Part shown: piece by piece, positions 28,341-39,059 of the stretch | Numbering within the stretch: position 1 is the first letter of the stretch | Layout: each line of letters starts with the position of its first letter | DNA from: an uncultured archaeon | GTDB taxonomy: Archaea; Thermoplasmatota; Penumbrarchaeia; JASLWR01 | Assembly: GCA_964430885.1 (NCBI GenBank) | Contig: CAYSHM010000003.1 | Location: 1-64,000 of the forward strand | Direction of reading: 5' to 3' | DNA: 64,000 bases | The notes under the pieces: model-generated | What the model was told of the DNA's origin: nothing | Database searches by the model: none | The model's input: the letters and a program-made list of their open reading frames with translations, nothing else | Position numbers and translations under genes: made by a program

Positions 28341-31300
28341 CTATTCAATTTCATATATCTCCCCATGGAAGAACCAGAGGCGATGCCATGCATGGGGATG
28401 CATCTCGACATCCATAAAATTGAACAGCTGTGTGGCAAACTTGGCCTGGATGTCTGTTGACAGCACCAATCCAAACCTAGCTCTGAACCGTCCCCAATCC
28501 TGACCAATAAGGGTGGCCAGCATCGGTAAATTGGTGTTTACTATCAGAGACAAACGGAACCGCATCTTAATACTTACCCCGGTACTGTCCTTCACCGCAT
28601 CGGCTATATCAGTGATAAGCTGCGGGGGTCCTGCCTGAATAAAGGCCTCGAGCTCAATATGCATCTTCTCCAGATATTCCTTGGGGACATCCGGTGACTT
28701 GGCCGCGTTTGCAGGGTTAAGGACATTGTTGATGAAGGCCCCTATATTACCCATTATCCACTTAGTTACCTCCCAAAGTCCTCTTAGTTTACACCTCATT
28801 ATAAATTTCAGTATTATGCCTGCTTCAAGGGCATCCAAACCGCCCACGTCCAAATCGAATCTTACATAAAAGCTAACCTGACCATTATCCAAGACATAAT
28901 CTATTGCATCCTTGAACTTCTTTAGGACCTTCTGGGAGAAGGCAGTAACAAAATCTTGGTCCTTTGATGCATTGGTCTGATTGCCAGTTCCGTTATTCAT
29001 TGATTCATTTACATCCTGGAAAGAACTGTCCATGTAATTGATGAAATTGGATAGATTCGTTGTCTTCTGGAACTTCAGGGAGAATTTGAAACCTATGGTG
29101 ACATCCGCTGTGCACCCTATGGCTGGAATGGGTATCTTTGCGATCTTCTGTTTCAGAGCTAGATCCGCAGTCACATAGAAAGTGATGGATATATCCGGTG
29201 GATGCGGTACCGTGACATTCTCACCCGGCTGGGCCATATATTTATCAATATTCGCCTTTATCCAGTTGAGGCTGTCCACAGCTATTGTCACATTCTCTAT
29301 CTTGAAACTGAGACTGATTGTCGAACCCAAGGAACCCAATGATGATAATTTCTTGGAAAGATGCAGTTTAGTCCAAACCTTCAGCTGAGTATTGTCCTTG
29401 AGATAGACCAATATGTCCTTAATCTTTTCTATCAAGGTCTCCACCGCATCTCCGGCAGTAACTGCATCCCAAGCTTGACTGAGCTCGGCCTTGATATCTT
29501 CCCAGGCCTGCAGGGCTTCCTCTCGGTATTTATACTTGACAAGGAGCTCCATCCCGACCTCTGCCTTACTGTCAACAGCAAACTTTGGAATGGGAATTGG
29601 CTTTTCAACCTTCTTCACTAAACGGACCTTAGCCGTTGTGGTCACCGTGATATCCACTCCAGAGGGAGGCTGAGGTTCGTCCTTGCGATAGGAGATATAG
29701 TTATCGATGTACACCTCCAAAGCTTCCAGGCTCTGTTTGAGATCCTTACCCAAATTGGTATCAAGCTGTATCTTGGTGGTCCAAACTGTATAACCGCTCA
29801 TACCGGCCAATTTAAACTTCCCGCCAAAGGGTTTTATGTCTAGCTGAATCCACGCTTTAAACTTGACCTCGCTGCCTAGGTCCTCCAAAATTGGACCTAG
29901 ATTGATCTTGAAGCTTTCCAAAAGCCTCTGGGAGTAGTTATCAATAAGACCTCCGTCCATGGGAAGCTTCCCGCCTAGACCGTGCCAGGTTTCATAGAAT
30001 GTCTCGTTCATTTTGGCATATATCGCCTTCGCATCGATTCTCTTGGATGCAGGCCACGATAATTTCACACCGGCTTTTGCCTGAACCGAACCCACATAGG
30101 GTATCATTATCCTGCTGGCAGGCAATTTGACTGTCTTTTGAATACTGTTCTTACCTACCTTGACCGATCCGAGCGCAGACCATCCTGTAGTTACCTCAGG
30201 ACTGGTGAAATCTATCCCGAATCCCTGACCTGTCTTGTTCAGATATATACCATGACCTTCAATGAACCTAGGCCAAACTGCCATCAGCGGATCCATAGCG
30301 ACTTCAAGGATGAAATCACCTATCATAACACCAGCATTCAGCAGTATATCATAGTGATATTCTCCTTCCTGCCAGTCCGTATTGTTCACAACTGAAAGAT
30401 CGAAACCGAAACTGAAGGATTTCAAATGAACCCTTGAAGAAATCCGGGTAACCCAACCCCAACCGTCAGCAGGAATATCTCCTGGGTTGAATTTGGTCGT
30501 AACATTGAACTGAATACCGAATGCTGTAAAATTGAACTGATCGCCCAATAGGAAGCATATTCCGCTTATCACTCCGGCAATGGCAGTGAAGTATAGGTCT
30601 ATGAACTCCTTGACACGCTCCAGCACCCAGGTGAATGCATCTACTATTACCTGGATTATCTTGGATGCAAAATTGACGATCGCATGGATAATGTTCACAA
30701 GAACAGTAATAACTTTCATGAGGCCGTCAATAAGCCAGCCTACGACACCGGCTATCTGATCCCATACCAAGCTAAGGAACCTCAATATATCCTTGCCCAA
30801 GGTCTGGGTGTTCTCATAGGACACACCCTCCAATTCCCATCCTGAGTATACTGTTATCGGGGTCTCTATGGATATGCTTATTGGTCCGTCCTTTCCGACA
30901 GCCAAATGCTGGCCGTTGAATTCCAGACCCTTGTTCTCGGTCTTGGATGACATGTTGAACATTCCCGTAATATTGACCGTCCAGGTTGTCTCGAAAGGCC
31001 GGGTATGGAATTCGGTCAGATTGGTATAATGGACCCCGTGGACCTCTTCTATGGTGATAACAATATCCCGACCGTTCTTGAGATAATTCGGTGTGATATC
31101 CGGATAAATCTGCTCCTGACTGAGTTTCCCTTGAGCATTGGCCATTTCTATTCTGGAATCTCCACTCCAGAAAGAGAAGGGCACACCATAGGTTATTGGC
31201 GTAAAATAATTACTATTGCGTATTTCCGTGGAATATATCATATCCGTGGTCACGGTTTTGATGAACTGACAGGCTACGGGGAACAGCCCGGAAGCATGGC

Positions 31301-34289
31301 CCAAGGTGGCAACGCCGTCAACTAAAAGGTCAAGTATCTTGCTTTCTGAAGTTGCTGTCAGTTGGGAAATTGTAGTATGAAGCTTTTCCAGCTGGATGGC
31401 CTTGACCTCCTCAAATGCGGAAGTTACCACTTGATTGGCATAGGCCTCAACCTCGCCTCTTCGTACTTGCCTGAATTTGTTCAAGATGTCGTTCTCAGAA
31501 TATTTGGGAAGGGAATCGGGGTGCCCCTCTGGTGGTTTACCATATGGACAGTACATGATATCCCATTGATCGGGGGTTACTCCACCCCTGCTTCTTCCGC
31601 CCGGAGGGGTTCCCTTCATATATATGAAGCAGTGAACGGTCCGGAGGTTGGACTTGCCGTAATTGTAACCTGGCCAGTCATATCTAGCATTTGCGCCATT
31701 ACCGTTCATATAGCCTCGGTTCTTATCACCGTAGGGATCGTTCACTATAACCTGATGCTTGTCGGTATCGTACCCCACTGCAAGAACATAATGCCCGGGA
31801 CCAGTTAGGCTGGTCAATAGAACCACAGGATGTCCTGCATCTATCTCAGTTGTCAATTCCCCCCAAGTTGGGGACCAGTCAACCCAGGAATTCAGACCAT
31901 GCTGTCTAGCATAGCGAGCCATATTGCCCTTTGTATCCTGCCAGTTGTTCTGTGTTATGAATCCATATCCACCCCAAGCGGTATTCCCAACGGGGTCAAG
32001 GGAACCTATATCATAATCATGCCCATTGTAAGTGTATTTCTCACAGATATTCCTTCTACCCTCATTAACGCTAAATACCCCATAATAACAAAAGGCCATC
32101 ATTGCTGAAGCTGCCCCGCATGCCCAGTGCCCGCTGAACCAATTGGGTGTATCAAGGACCTGATGGATGTACGGTACATTAGCTGGAAGCTGGCCGGGCT
32201 CGGCAGGGTTTTCTGGATTTTGGATCTCCTGGGGATTGTTGACCTCCTCCTTTTTTCCAGAACCTTCAACAACCGTTGCCAAGTCTAGTAGTTCATCAGT
32301 CAACCTTTGGGTGGCAACCCCTATATTCTCTTCCTTGGCCGCCAGTTCATCAAAATGATCGATTATCAGGGTTTCCAGTCCGAAAATCATTTCATTGTGA
32401 TTGGGGACTAGAAATTGGTTGATAATATCCTTTATTCCCTGTTTACCCTCATCGCTTTTAAAATACTCCACTGTTTTTGTAAGCATCTCATCAACCTGCC
32501 CTCTGATGATCTCTAAAAGCGTAGTTTCATCATCGGGCCTGACCGCTCCCACAGGTATAATCTCATACTGCTTTATTAGATCTGCCACATGCCCTACCTT
32601 GGTGGTCCGATCCACAAGTGCAATAATAATGTCCTTGATGGTTTCGGATAAACTCTTCACGACATTCTCCTGGTTCTCATCAGAGAGATATTTATCATAA
32701 TAGGAAGCCCATATATGGTTTAGGAAAGATTCGTTTCTCAGCATCTCCTTGGTATCGAAATCCACATTTAGAGAGGCGCCCTCGATCTCAACGGTATAAT
32801 GAGTAGCAACTCTCCAGTTGTAATCCACAGGCTCATCAGGTGTGGAAGCGTTGTTATCCGTATCTTCCATATGAGTACATTCATCATCCTTGACGAAGCT
32901 GACGGGATAGGATTTGTAATCGGTCTGTACCTCTATGTCCTCCATTAAGGTTGTATTAAGGATACTATCCATGGGTATTCCGCCTGCCTCTGCAACAGCC
33001 TCTTCCGCCAGATCGAACTGGGTTCCGACCCATTCACGGACAATATCCGCCAGCTTGGCCTGTCTCTTCATCTCCTCGGTCTCCTCATCCTCTCCAAAGA
33101 AAGTGTCACCAAGCCAGTCGAAGAAACTATCAACAACATTCCATACCACCTGGGTACCCTGCCATAGAACGTCGGCAATACCGTAAAGACCGAAGTATTC
33201 AAGGTACTTCTTGACAAATTGATCCATTAATGCATAAATTCCCTGGGACAGTATAGATGTGAAATTTATCTTTTCTTTCTCCAAACCGTGATAGAGAGCC
33301 ACAATATCTGAGGAATCGACTGTATCATTTGTTATCCACTCCTCTATCAGGCTCTGCATTGACTTATCCATCCCATAGTTGTTCAGATCAAAACTTGCCA
33401 AATTCTCACTGTCGTAATTGCGGTAAAGCTTGGCAGTCTGAAGCAATATGGCCAGGTTCAGAGCGAGCTCAACATCGGCTTCTGTCAGTATTTCCTCGGT
33501 CCGGCCTGCTCCGAATATCTGACCCTCAATATCCGTAGTTCCGTATCCCTGGATCACTCTGTATTGGGAAATTGTAACAAGTATATATTCAACCATTCTA
33601 CCTATACTGCTGGAGCCACTGCTAGCGGAGTTATCGAACTCATGGAACTTGTTCTGGAGTACTGGATAGGGTGTTTTAATACTCTTGTCAAAACTAAGGT
33701 TCTTTTCGAGTTCCTTATCTGAATCATCATGTTCTATCTCGTATTTCATTTCTCCTATAAGGGAATAATAGCATCTGGTGGGCAGATCAATAGCCTCTTC
33801 GGGATTGTCCACCTTAACGCTGTCAATGGCCGAACCCTGGGAAACTCCTCCTAAATCAACAGGGGCAAAATCAGTTGTCAGTTCCGAGTTAACAGAAATG
33901 TCCACGGAATAATTTATAATCCTGACAGTATAATCCCCAATATCTACCCCGTTTTCCTGGGTGTATTTGGCGATATAGTCTTCGAAGTTCTTATTGAATA
34001 TAGGTATGATGCGGTTCTGATCATCTTCTATCTGGGTGGCCTCATAAATGGCATCCATGGCCATAATATAGGCTTCGCTTTCCACTTCCGCATGTGCGAT
34101 ACTGGTCTGATACTCCATATCGCTGGTAATGGCCTCATTCTGTTTTCTTTCCCTATCGACTCTGTCAATATAGGCCATATAAATAACACTTGCAGTTGAC
34201 AGCATAAGTATTATCACTGCTACAAGCGAGAATGATACTTTCGCTATCCTATCCTTTCTGAATCTCTTATTATCTTCACCCTTATCCAT
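28341..34289 (-). CDS. Giant 1982-aa exported protein with prepilin-like N-terminus and internal C39-like peptidase domain
   Basis: Basic leader RFRKDRIA then hydrophobic FSLVAVIILML; NVPYIHQ..WACGAAS..GHPVV..GHYVLAVGYD..VNDPYG; GGTGA RBS. Confidence 0.8.
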   Translation of the reverse strand: MDKGEDNKRFRKDRIAKVSFSLVAVIILMLSTASVIYMAYIDRVDRERKQNEAITSDMEYQTSIAHAEVESEAYIMAMDAIYEATQIEDDQNRIIPIFNKNFEDYIAKYTQENGVDIGDYTVRIINYSVDISVNSELTTDFAPVDLGGVSQGSAIDSVKVDNPEEAIDLPTRCYYSLIGEMKYEIEHDDSDKELEKNLSFDKSIKTPYPVLQNKFHEFDNSASSGSSSIGRMVEYILVTISQYRVIQGYGTTDIEGQIFGAGRTEEILTEADVELALNLAILLQTAKLYRNYDSENLASFDLNNYGMDKSMQSLIEEWITNDTVDSSDIVALYHGLEKEKINFTSILSQGIYALMDQFVKKYLEYFGLYGIADVLWQGTQVVWNVVDSFFDWLGDTFFGEDEETEEMKRQAKLADIVREWVGTQFDLAEEAVAEAGGIPMDSILNTTLMEDIEVQTDYKSYPVSFVKDDECTHMEDTDNNASTPDEPVDYNWRVATHYTVEIEGASLNVDFDTKEMLRNESFLNHIWASYYDKYLSDENQENVVKSLSETIKDIIIALVDRTTKVGHVADLIKQYEIIPVGAVRPDDETTLLEIIRGQVDEMLTKTVEYFKSDEGKQGIKDIINQFLVPNHNEMIFGLETLIIDHFDELAAKEENIGVATQRLTDELLDLATVVEGSGKKEEVNNPQEIQNPENPAEPGQLPANVPYIHQVLDTPNWFSGHWACGAASAMMAFCYYGVFSVNEGRRNICEKYTYNGHDYDIGSLDPVGNTAWGGYGFITQNNWQDTKGNMARYARQHGLNSWVDWSPTWGELTTEIDAGHPVVLLTSLTGPGHYVLAVGYDTDKHQVIVNDPYGDKNRGYMNGNGANARYDWPGYNYGKSNLRTVHCFIYMKGTPPGGRSRGGVTPDQWDIMYCPYGKPPEGHPDSLPKYSENDILNKFRQVRRGEVEAYANQVVTSAFEEVKAIQLEKLHTTISQLTATSESKILDLLVDGVATLGHASGLFPVACQFIKTVTTDMIYSTEIRNSNYFTPITYGVPFSFWSGDSRIEMANAQGKLSQEQIYPDITPNYLKNGRDIVITIEEVHGVHYTNLTEFHTRPFETTWTVNITGMFNMSSKTENKGLEFNGQHLAVGKDGPISISIETPITVYSGWELEGVSYENTQTLGKDILRFLSLVWDQIAGVVGWLIDGLMKVITVLVNIIHAIVNFASKIIQVIVDAFTWVLERVKEFIDLYFTAIAGVISGICFLLGDQFNFTAFGIQFNVTTKFNPGDIPADGWGWVTRISSRVHLKSFSFGFDLSVVNNTDWQEGEYHYDILLNAGVMIGDFILEVAMDPLMAVWPRFIEGHGIYLNKTGQGFGIDFTSPEVTTGWSALGSVKVGKNSIQKTVKLPASRIMIPYVGSVQAKAGVKLSWPASKRIDAKAIYAKMNETFYETWHGLGGKLPMDGGLIDNYSQRLLESFKINLGPILEDLGSEVKFKAWIQLDIKPFGGKFKLAGMSGYTVWTTKIQLDTNLGKDLKQSLEALEVYIDNYISYRKDEPQPPSGVDITVTTTAKVRLVKKVEKPIPIPKFAVDSKAEVGMELLVKYKYREEALQAWEDIKAELSQAWDAVTAGDAVETLIEKIKDILVYLKDNTQLKVWTKLHLSKKLSSLGSLGSTISLSFKIENVTIAVDSLNWIKANIDKYMAQPGENVTVPHPPDISITFYVTADLALKQKIAKIPIPAIGCTADVTIGFKFSLKFQKTTNLSNFINYMDSSFQDVNESMNNGTGNQTNASKDQDFVTAFSQKVLKKFKDAIDYVLDNGQVSFYVRFDLDVGGLDALEAGIILKFIMRCKLRGLWEVTKWIMGNIGAFINNVLNPANAAKSPDVPKEYLEKMHIELEAFIQAGPPQLITDIADAVKDSTGVSIKMRFRLSLIVNTNLPMLATLIGQDWGRFRARFGLVLSTDIQAKFATQLFNFMDVEMHPHAWHRLWFFHGEIYEIE

Positions 34290-34533
34290 ATTAAATCACC
34301 GAATATCTTACAGCATTCCATCTACTGCTATACTGGTCCTTGCATAGGTAAGTTCATTTGACGATGGTTCTAGTGGTCATCATCTGAAATAATATTATGA
34401 TATTATTGCCCCAGTATTTAATTTTTTCTCATGCATATCCAACTAAATAAAACTAAATTTTAAATATGAATACCTCGGATTAGGATTGAAGTAATTATCT
34501 TAATGCTTGATGAGAACAAGAGGGGGATTTTTA

Positions 34534-34821
34534 ATGCTTGAAGAAATCACAAACATGATTAATTTACCGATCTACACAAAGAACGGTGCACATTTAGGTA
34601 TGGTAGACAACATACAGATGGATATTGACAACAACAATATTTCTGGAATCTATGTAAGAGAACCGAACATTGCTCTAGTGGAAGGAAGCGTGCCTGTGCT
34701 CGTGCCTTTTAGATGGGTCCAGAGCATTGGTGATATTGTAATACTGAAATATTTCCCAGTCCGAATCGAACTGGGCCCCGAAGATAGAGATATGATTATG
34801 ATGGACGGTATTGATAACTGA
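34534..34821 (+). CDS. PRC-barrel domain protein
   Basis: LPIYTKNGAHLGMVDNI...VPFRWVQSIGDIVIL. Confidence 0.88.
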   Translation: MLEEITNMINLPIYTKNGAHLGMVDNIQMDIDNNNISGIYVREPNIALVEGSVPVLVPFRWVQSIGDIVILKYFPVRIELGPEDRDMIMMDGIDN

Positions 34822-34857
34822 ACCTAAATCCAACAATCTGTTGACTGCTTACCAAAA

Positions 34858-35406
34858 TCAATAGGTAGCCATTTCCTTTATCCAATCCCTGCTGCAAGGA
34901 GGATCAAATCCGTCAGTTTCGGGAAAGGATTCTATAAAAGCAACCACTCTTTCAGCTAAAAAATCTGACGGATTGGAGCTAGTATCCAGTTCAATGGAAG
35001 GAACATTGGTTCTTTTAACCTCCATTGCTATCACATCAACCATTTCACATACCACATTATCCTCAATTTTTATCCGGGAATAATCTCTATTTTCCAGCCT
35101 TTTCCTTAAAATGGCTGGTTGGCACCGAAGAACCACTGCCCCGTTTACCTTGAGAAGATGCGAAAGGTGGGAATCAAGGAATATACATTCTTCGCTGGCT
35201 GAATTGAAAAATTCACTTTCTGACATGTCCCTATCAAAGAGTTCCAAATCTATTAGGTAACTCCCGTCCCCTTCATCATACTCCCCCAATAGTCCGTGTT
35301 CCTCACAGTAATCCTTGACTTTGATGACCTTATAACCTCTTTGACCAATCAGGGAGCATAAAGTTGTTTTTCCGGTTCCAGGCGTACCTGTTATTGCTAT
35401 GATCAT
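34858..35406 (-). CDS. Fap7/AK6-type adenylate kinase
   Basis: ITGTPGTGKTT P-loop, DSHLSH, VVLRC, RLENRDY. Confidence 0.9.
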   Translation of the reverse strand: MIIAITGTPGTGKTTLCSLIGQRGYKVIKVKDYCEEHGLLGEYDEGDGSYLIDLELFDRDMSESEFFNSASEECIFLDSHLSHLLKVNGAVVLRCQPAILRKRLENRDYSRIKIEDNVVCEMVDVIAMEVKRTNVPSIELDTSSNPSDFLAERVVAFIESFPETDGFDPPCSRDWIKEMATY

Positions 35407-35703
35407 GTGTCACCCGTTTTCAAAATCTTAACTGGGGTTAGAGTATACGGCTGAAATAAAAATTCAAATATGTTATGATATTACATTTGGTTTCGGCCTT
35501 CAACCTGTATATAACTATGAATAATTAGGTAAGTTTCATCCTTCAATATATATATAATCATCAGTAATTAATCTTCAGGAATAATAGTTCAGGGTAATCA
35601 GAAGCTGGTGCAGCTGAATCAACCACATTTCTACTGTTGATTTATCATCTCATTTGTAAAACGCGGGATCTGAATCGAACGAGGCCATATCTTTTGATAA
35701 GAG

Positions 35704-36075
35704 GTGCAACAATTGAAGAACATAATTCCAAAAAAAAATCTGCTTTGGATGATACTTGCCATATCCTCCCTTATTATCATAGGTATGATAATCTACAAGC
35801 TTGAGATATATCCTGGTCTGAACAGCAGGCTTGATGAGAATACCCTGGAAATGGCAGGTATATTGATCCTAATGTTCTTCCTGATATTCGTGGTCCTGTA
35901 TATACCTACTGGCAGTCTGAAGAAAATGAAGAAGGATATTCATTATGACGGAGTAGAGGTGGAGCCTGTCACAGTTATTGTTGAAAATGATCAAATTGAT
36001 GATGAGGTATATTTTACTGCGGGGAAATCCGATGTGCATGAAACAGAAATAGTTGAGGCCTTACCACTGGAATAA
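35704..36075 (+). CDS. Hypothetical two-TM membrane protein
   Basis: Two hydrophobic helices and acidic tail. Confidence 0.6.
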   Translation: MQQLKNIIPKKNLLWMILAISSLIIIGMIIYKLEIYPGLNSRLDENTLEMAGILILMFFLIFVVLYIPTGSLKKMKKDIHYDGVEVEPVTVIVENDQIDDEVYFTAGKSDVHETEIVEALPLE

Positions 36076-36249
36076 ATGCTACACCAATCCATAATTAAGA
36101 TTTGTCAAAAAGCATTCACTGTATCAAAATATTACCAAAGCTTAAAAATAATAACAATGAAATATTATATTGACCCTATGTCTTGAAATGTTTTATCAAT
36201 GTAAGTTTAATGATGAAGGGAGTCCAAATAAAGAAAAAAGGGTGCTGTA

Positions 36250-36891
36250 TTGAATATATTAGATAAGATATTTCAGGAGAGGAAAAAGAACACCGCAATC
36301 ATAGGATCGGTCTTATTATTCCTACTTATGTTATTCTTATTCTGGGATATGTCAGGAGCCGACACCCTGAGCTCTGCTGAGATCCAGAAATGGCTGAGTA
36401 ACATGGGGAAGGACGATGTTTTGGACCTCAGCATGTATCAGAAAAACACTGCAGGTGCTGAATCGTTCAGCGAATATGCACAGAGAGATCAGGACCTTGA
36501 GCTGGTATATTCAGTATCAGACACAAATGTGTGCAATATAAGTTTTACACTAACCTGGACTGATGAGGAGGATACTGGATGGATCGGGTCATCCCCCAAT
36601 CATGAGAACCAGCCAGATGAATTTTTAATTGTTTTTACGTCACCCGATGGAAATATTACCAAATCGTTCAATGGGAAGAACGATTACAACCAGGAGGGGA
36701 GGGTTGAAGGAAATGTTATGGTTCCAGTGCTAACGGGAAACAGTAAAAACGGAACAGGTACGTGGTCCATCAAGATATCTGTCAATCCCGGCGATCATGA
36801 ACCTAGATATATTGGCGCATTCAGGTTCTTGGACAACGGAAACGATTTCCAATTGGTCGTTGAACATGATTTTCTTTCAATTACTGAATAA
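36250..36891 (+). CDS. Hypothetical membrane-anchored beta-sandwich protein
   Basis: N-terminal TM; FTLTWTDEED, NQPDEF, GTGTWSI, DNGNDF. Confidence 0.7.
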   Translation: MNILDKIFQERKKNTAIIGSVLLFLLMLFLFWDMSGADTLSSAEIQKWLSNMGKDDVLDLSMYQKNTAGAESFSEYAQRDQDLELVYSVSDTNVCNISFTLTWTDEEDTGWIGSSPNHENQPDEFLIVFTSPDGNITKSFNGKNDYNQEGRVEGNVMVPVLTGNSKNGTGTWSIKISVNPGDHEPRYIGAFRFLDNGNDFQLVVEHDFLSITE

Positions 36892-37072
36892 GCCTGATAT
36901 GGAATTCATAATGGATCTATTTTATCTAGAATTCAATACTCTTTTTTTAAAAACTTATACTATGCAGAATCTGTTTTTTCAAAAAGGAAAATATCCAATG
37001 AAAAAGAAATTCGATCATTGGAGGCTAGGCAAATAGTTATTTGCTATCCCATATGATATTAATGCCGGCTTC

Positions 37073-37294
37073 TTAAAAGGTCTCAAGCTTGAAATGGACC
37101 ATTGTGCCATTCAATTCTAGATGCAGTCGGTCTGCAAATCCCAAAATTTCCTTGACGGTTGCCTCATGGCCCCATTCATACTCATAATCATATGCTCCCT
37201 CTATTGGTTTAAATCCCATACCCAATAATTTGTCCGTAACCTCAGATGGACGGGCACCTTCCGAAGAGAACCATACTACAAGATAAGTCTTCAT
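37073..37294 (-). CDS. Small hypothetical protein (73 aa)
   Basis: AGGTGA RBS; globular alpha/beta pattern FSSEGARPSEV...GFKPIEGAYDYEYEW. Confidence 0.75.
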   Translation of the reverse strand: MKTYLVVWFSSEGARPSEVTDKLLGMGFKPIEGAYDYEYEWGHEATVKEILGFADRLHLELNGTMVHFKLETF

Positions 37295-37541
37295 TGTGTT
37301 TCACCTTCTGAATCAGCAATTACCAAATCTAGTCCTTTTCTTTAACAACAAGGCGGATAGGTAGGACAAAATCCGCATCAACCCTTGGTCGCCAATATAT
37401 AGATATAGAATAATATCAATCGTATTTAAACATTGGGCGCTGTTAAGCTGCCTAGCGATATTTGATATAGAATTATTCCTTAGTTATTACTTACTGGAGA
37501 TAGTATACGAGATACAATATCAATGCCATCCCAAGGGAGGA

Positions 37542-37970
37542 TCAATACTTTAAAAACCGCTTCATGACCTTTGCAGTTTTTGTCCAGGAACTTACCGTAT
37601 CTATTGCCGGTTTGTTCTCCAATCCCTGGATGAAAGCAATATCATACTCATCCAATACTTTGAAGAGATGCTCGGGATTTCTTTGACCCAGTTCGGGTAT
37701 GGTATCAACACCCACCTTCTCCAAAAGCCATGCCCACTGGGGTGTGATGGTATCTATTCTCATGAGATCCGCCATGTTGGCCATGGTCAGGACATCATCC
37801 TCATGGATACCTAGAATATCCGTGATTATCTGCCGATCGTTCCGTGTCACACAAATATTTAAAAAATCTGAAATAGTTTCGATCTCCTGTTCTTTCAGTT
37901 TATTTATGACCGCTTCATCCACACCTTTCATCTCTTCAATGGGATAATCCTTTTTATTCTTTGGAGACAT
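37542..37970 (-). CDS. DUF4332 / helix-hairpin-helix protein
   Basis: IEEMKGV, ANMADLMRI, LLEKVGVDTIPELGQRNPEHL. Confidence 0.85.
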   Translation of the reverse strand: MSPKNKKDYPIEEMKGVDEAVINKLKEQEIETISDFLNICVTRNDRQIITDILGIHEDDVLTMANMADLMRIDTITPQWAWLLEKVGVDTIPELGQRNPEHLFKVLDEYDIAFIQGLENKPAIDTVSSWTKTAKVMKRFLKY

Positions 37971-38063
37971 AGAAAAACCTCTAATCCTTGATATGATAAT
38001 AATTAGAATTCAATAGATATATGAATTGAACTAACTACAATATTATTAGTTATTAATATCTTT

Positions 38064-39059
38064 TTAATACTTTCTACCTAGATTGTAATCTGCCAATGAA
38101 AGCAATATTCTTTTGGGGCCTGAATCTGGAAATGATGCAAGGGATTTTTTGGCCTTTTCGATATAGGAATATCCAGTGGATTTAATACTTTCCATAACTC
38201 CGGCCCTCTCCATTATTGACCTTACCAGCTCAATGTCCTTTTCCGTCGCCTCGGGGTTGCCCCAAATACCTTTGATGACCTCGGCATCTTCCTTTCCTGC
38301 AGTGTTAAGGGCAGATACTAAAAGAAGGGTTTTCTTACCTTTTCGAAGATCAGTTCCAATGGGTTTACCAAGGGTCTTCTCGGTCGAAACCAGATCTAAA
38401 TAATCATCCAGAACCTGAAATGCAATTCCGAAATACCGGCCGTAATCACCGAGCATTTGGGCTTCCTCTTCACCAGCTCCAGCGATCAAAGCCCCGCCTT
38501 CGCATGCAAGATCAAAAATGATGGCCGTTTTCTTTTCTATCATTGTCATATAGGAATCCAAATCTACGAATTCCATATCCTCAAAATCAATGTCATCCTG
38601 CTGACCCTCCCCTATGGTTCTGACCGTGATCACAATGTCCGATACCAAACGGCGGAACAATTTGTCTGACCCAGGCATATCTGAAAGAACCATAAAAGCA
38701 TGGGAGTACAATCCATCTCCCGCATTTATGGCTGTGGCAACATCATAAGCCTTGTGAACAGTTGGGACTCCCCTCCTCAGGTCATCCTCATCCATGATAT
38801 CATCATGTATCAGTGTAAAATTATGAACCAATTCCAGCGCTACGGCAAATGGCAGACCGTCCATCACATCCCCCTGGAACATTTCACAAGACAATATTGA
38901 ACAGATAGGACGTAATCTCTTCCCGCCTGCATTCGGCAGATGCTCTATGGCTGACCTCAAGGTATGCTGATCGATAGCAGAGAAAATCCCATCAAGATAG
39001 TCTTCGACCAGTTCCTTTCTTTCGTTCAGTTCATAATTCAAATCCAATCTGATCACCAC
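38064..39059 (-). CDS. idsA: Geranylgeranyl diphosphate synthase (polyprenyl synthetase)
   Basis: GGKRLRP, FTLIHDDIMDEDDLRRG, GQQDD, KKT, FQVLDDYLD. Confidence 0.93.
   Translation of the reverse strand: MVIRLDLNYELNERKELVEDYLDGIFSAIDQHTLRSAIEHLPNAGGKRLRPICSILSCEMFQGDVMDGLPFAVALELVHNFTLIHDDIMDEDDLRRGVPTVHKAYDVATAINAGDGLYSHAFMVLSDMPGSDKLFRRLVSDIVITVRTIGEGQQDDIDFEDMEFVDLDSYMTMIEKKTAIIFDLACEGGALIAGAGEEEAQMLGDYGRYFGIAFQVLDDYLDLVSTEKTLGKPIGTDLRKGKKTLLLVSALNTAGKEDAEVIKGIWGNPEATEKDIELVRSIMERAGVMESIKSTGYSYIEKAKKSLASFPDSGPKRILLSLADYNLGRKY

Noticed and set aside
35627-35639. ATTTCTACTGTTG resembles the Cas12a repeat 3' end
   Set aside because: Single copy, TCTAC/GTAGA stem not completed, no spacers or cas genes
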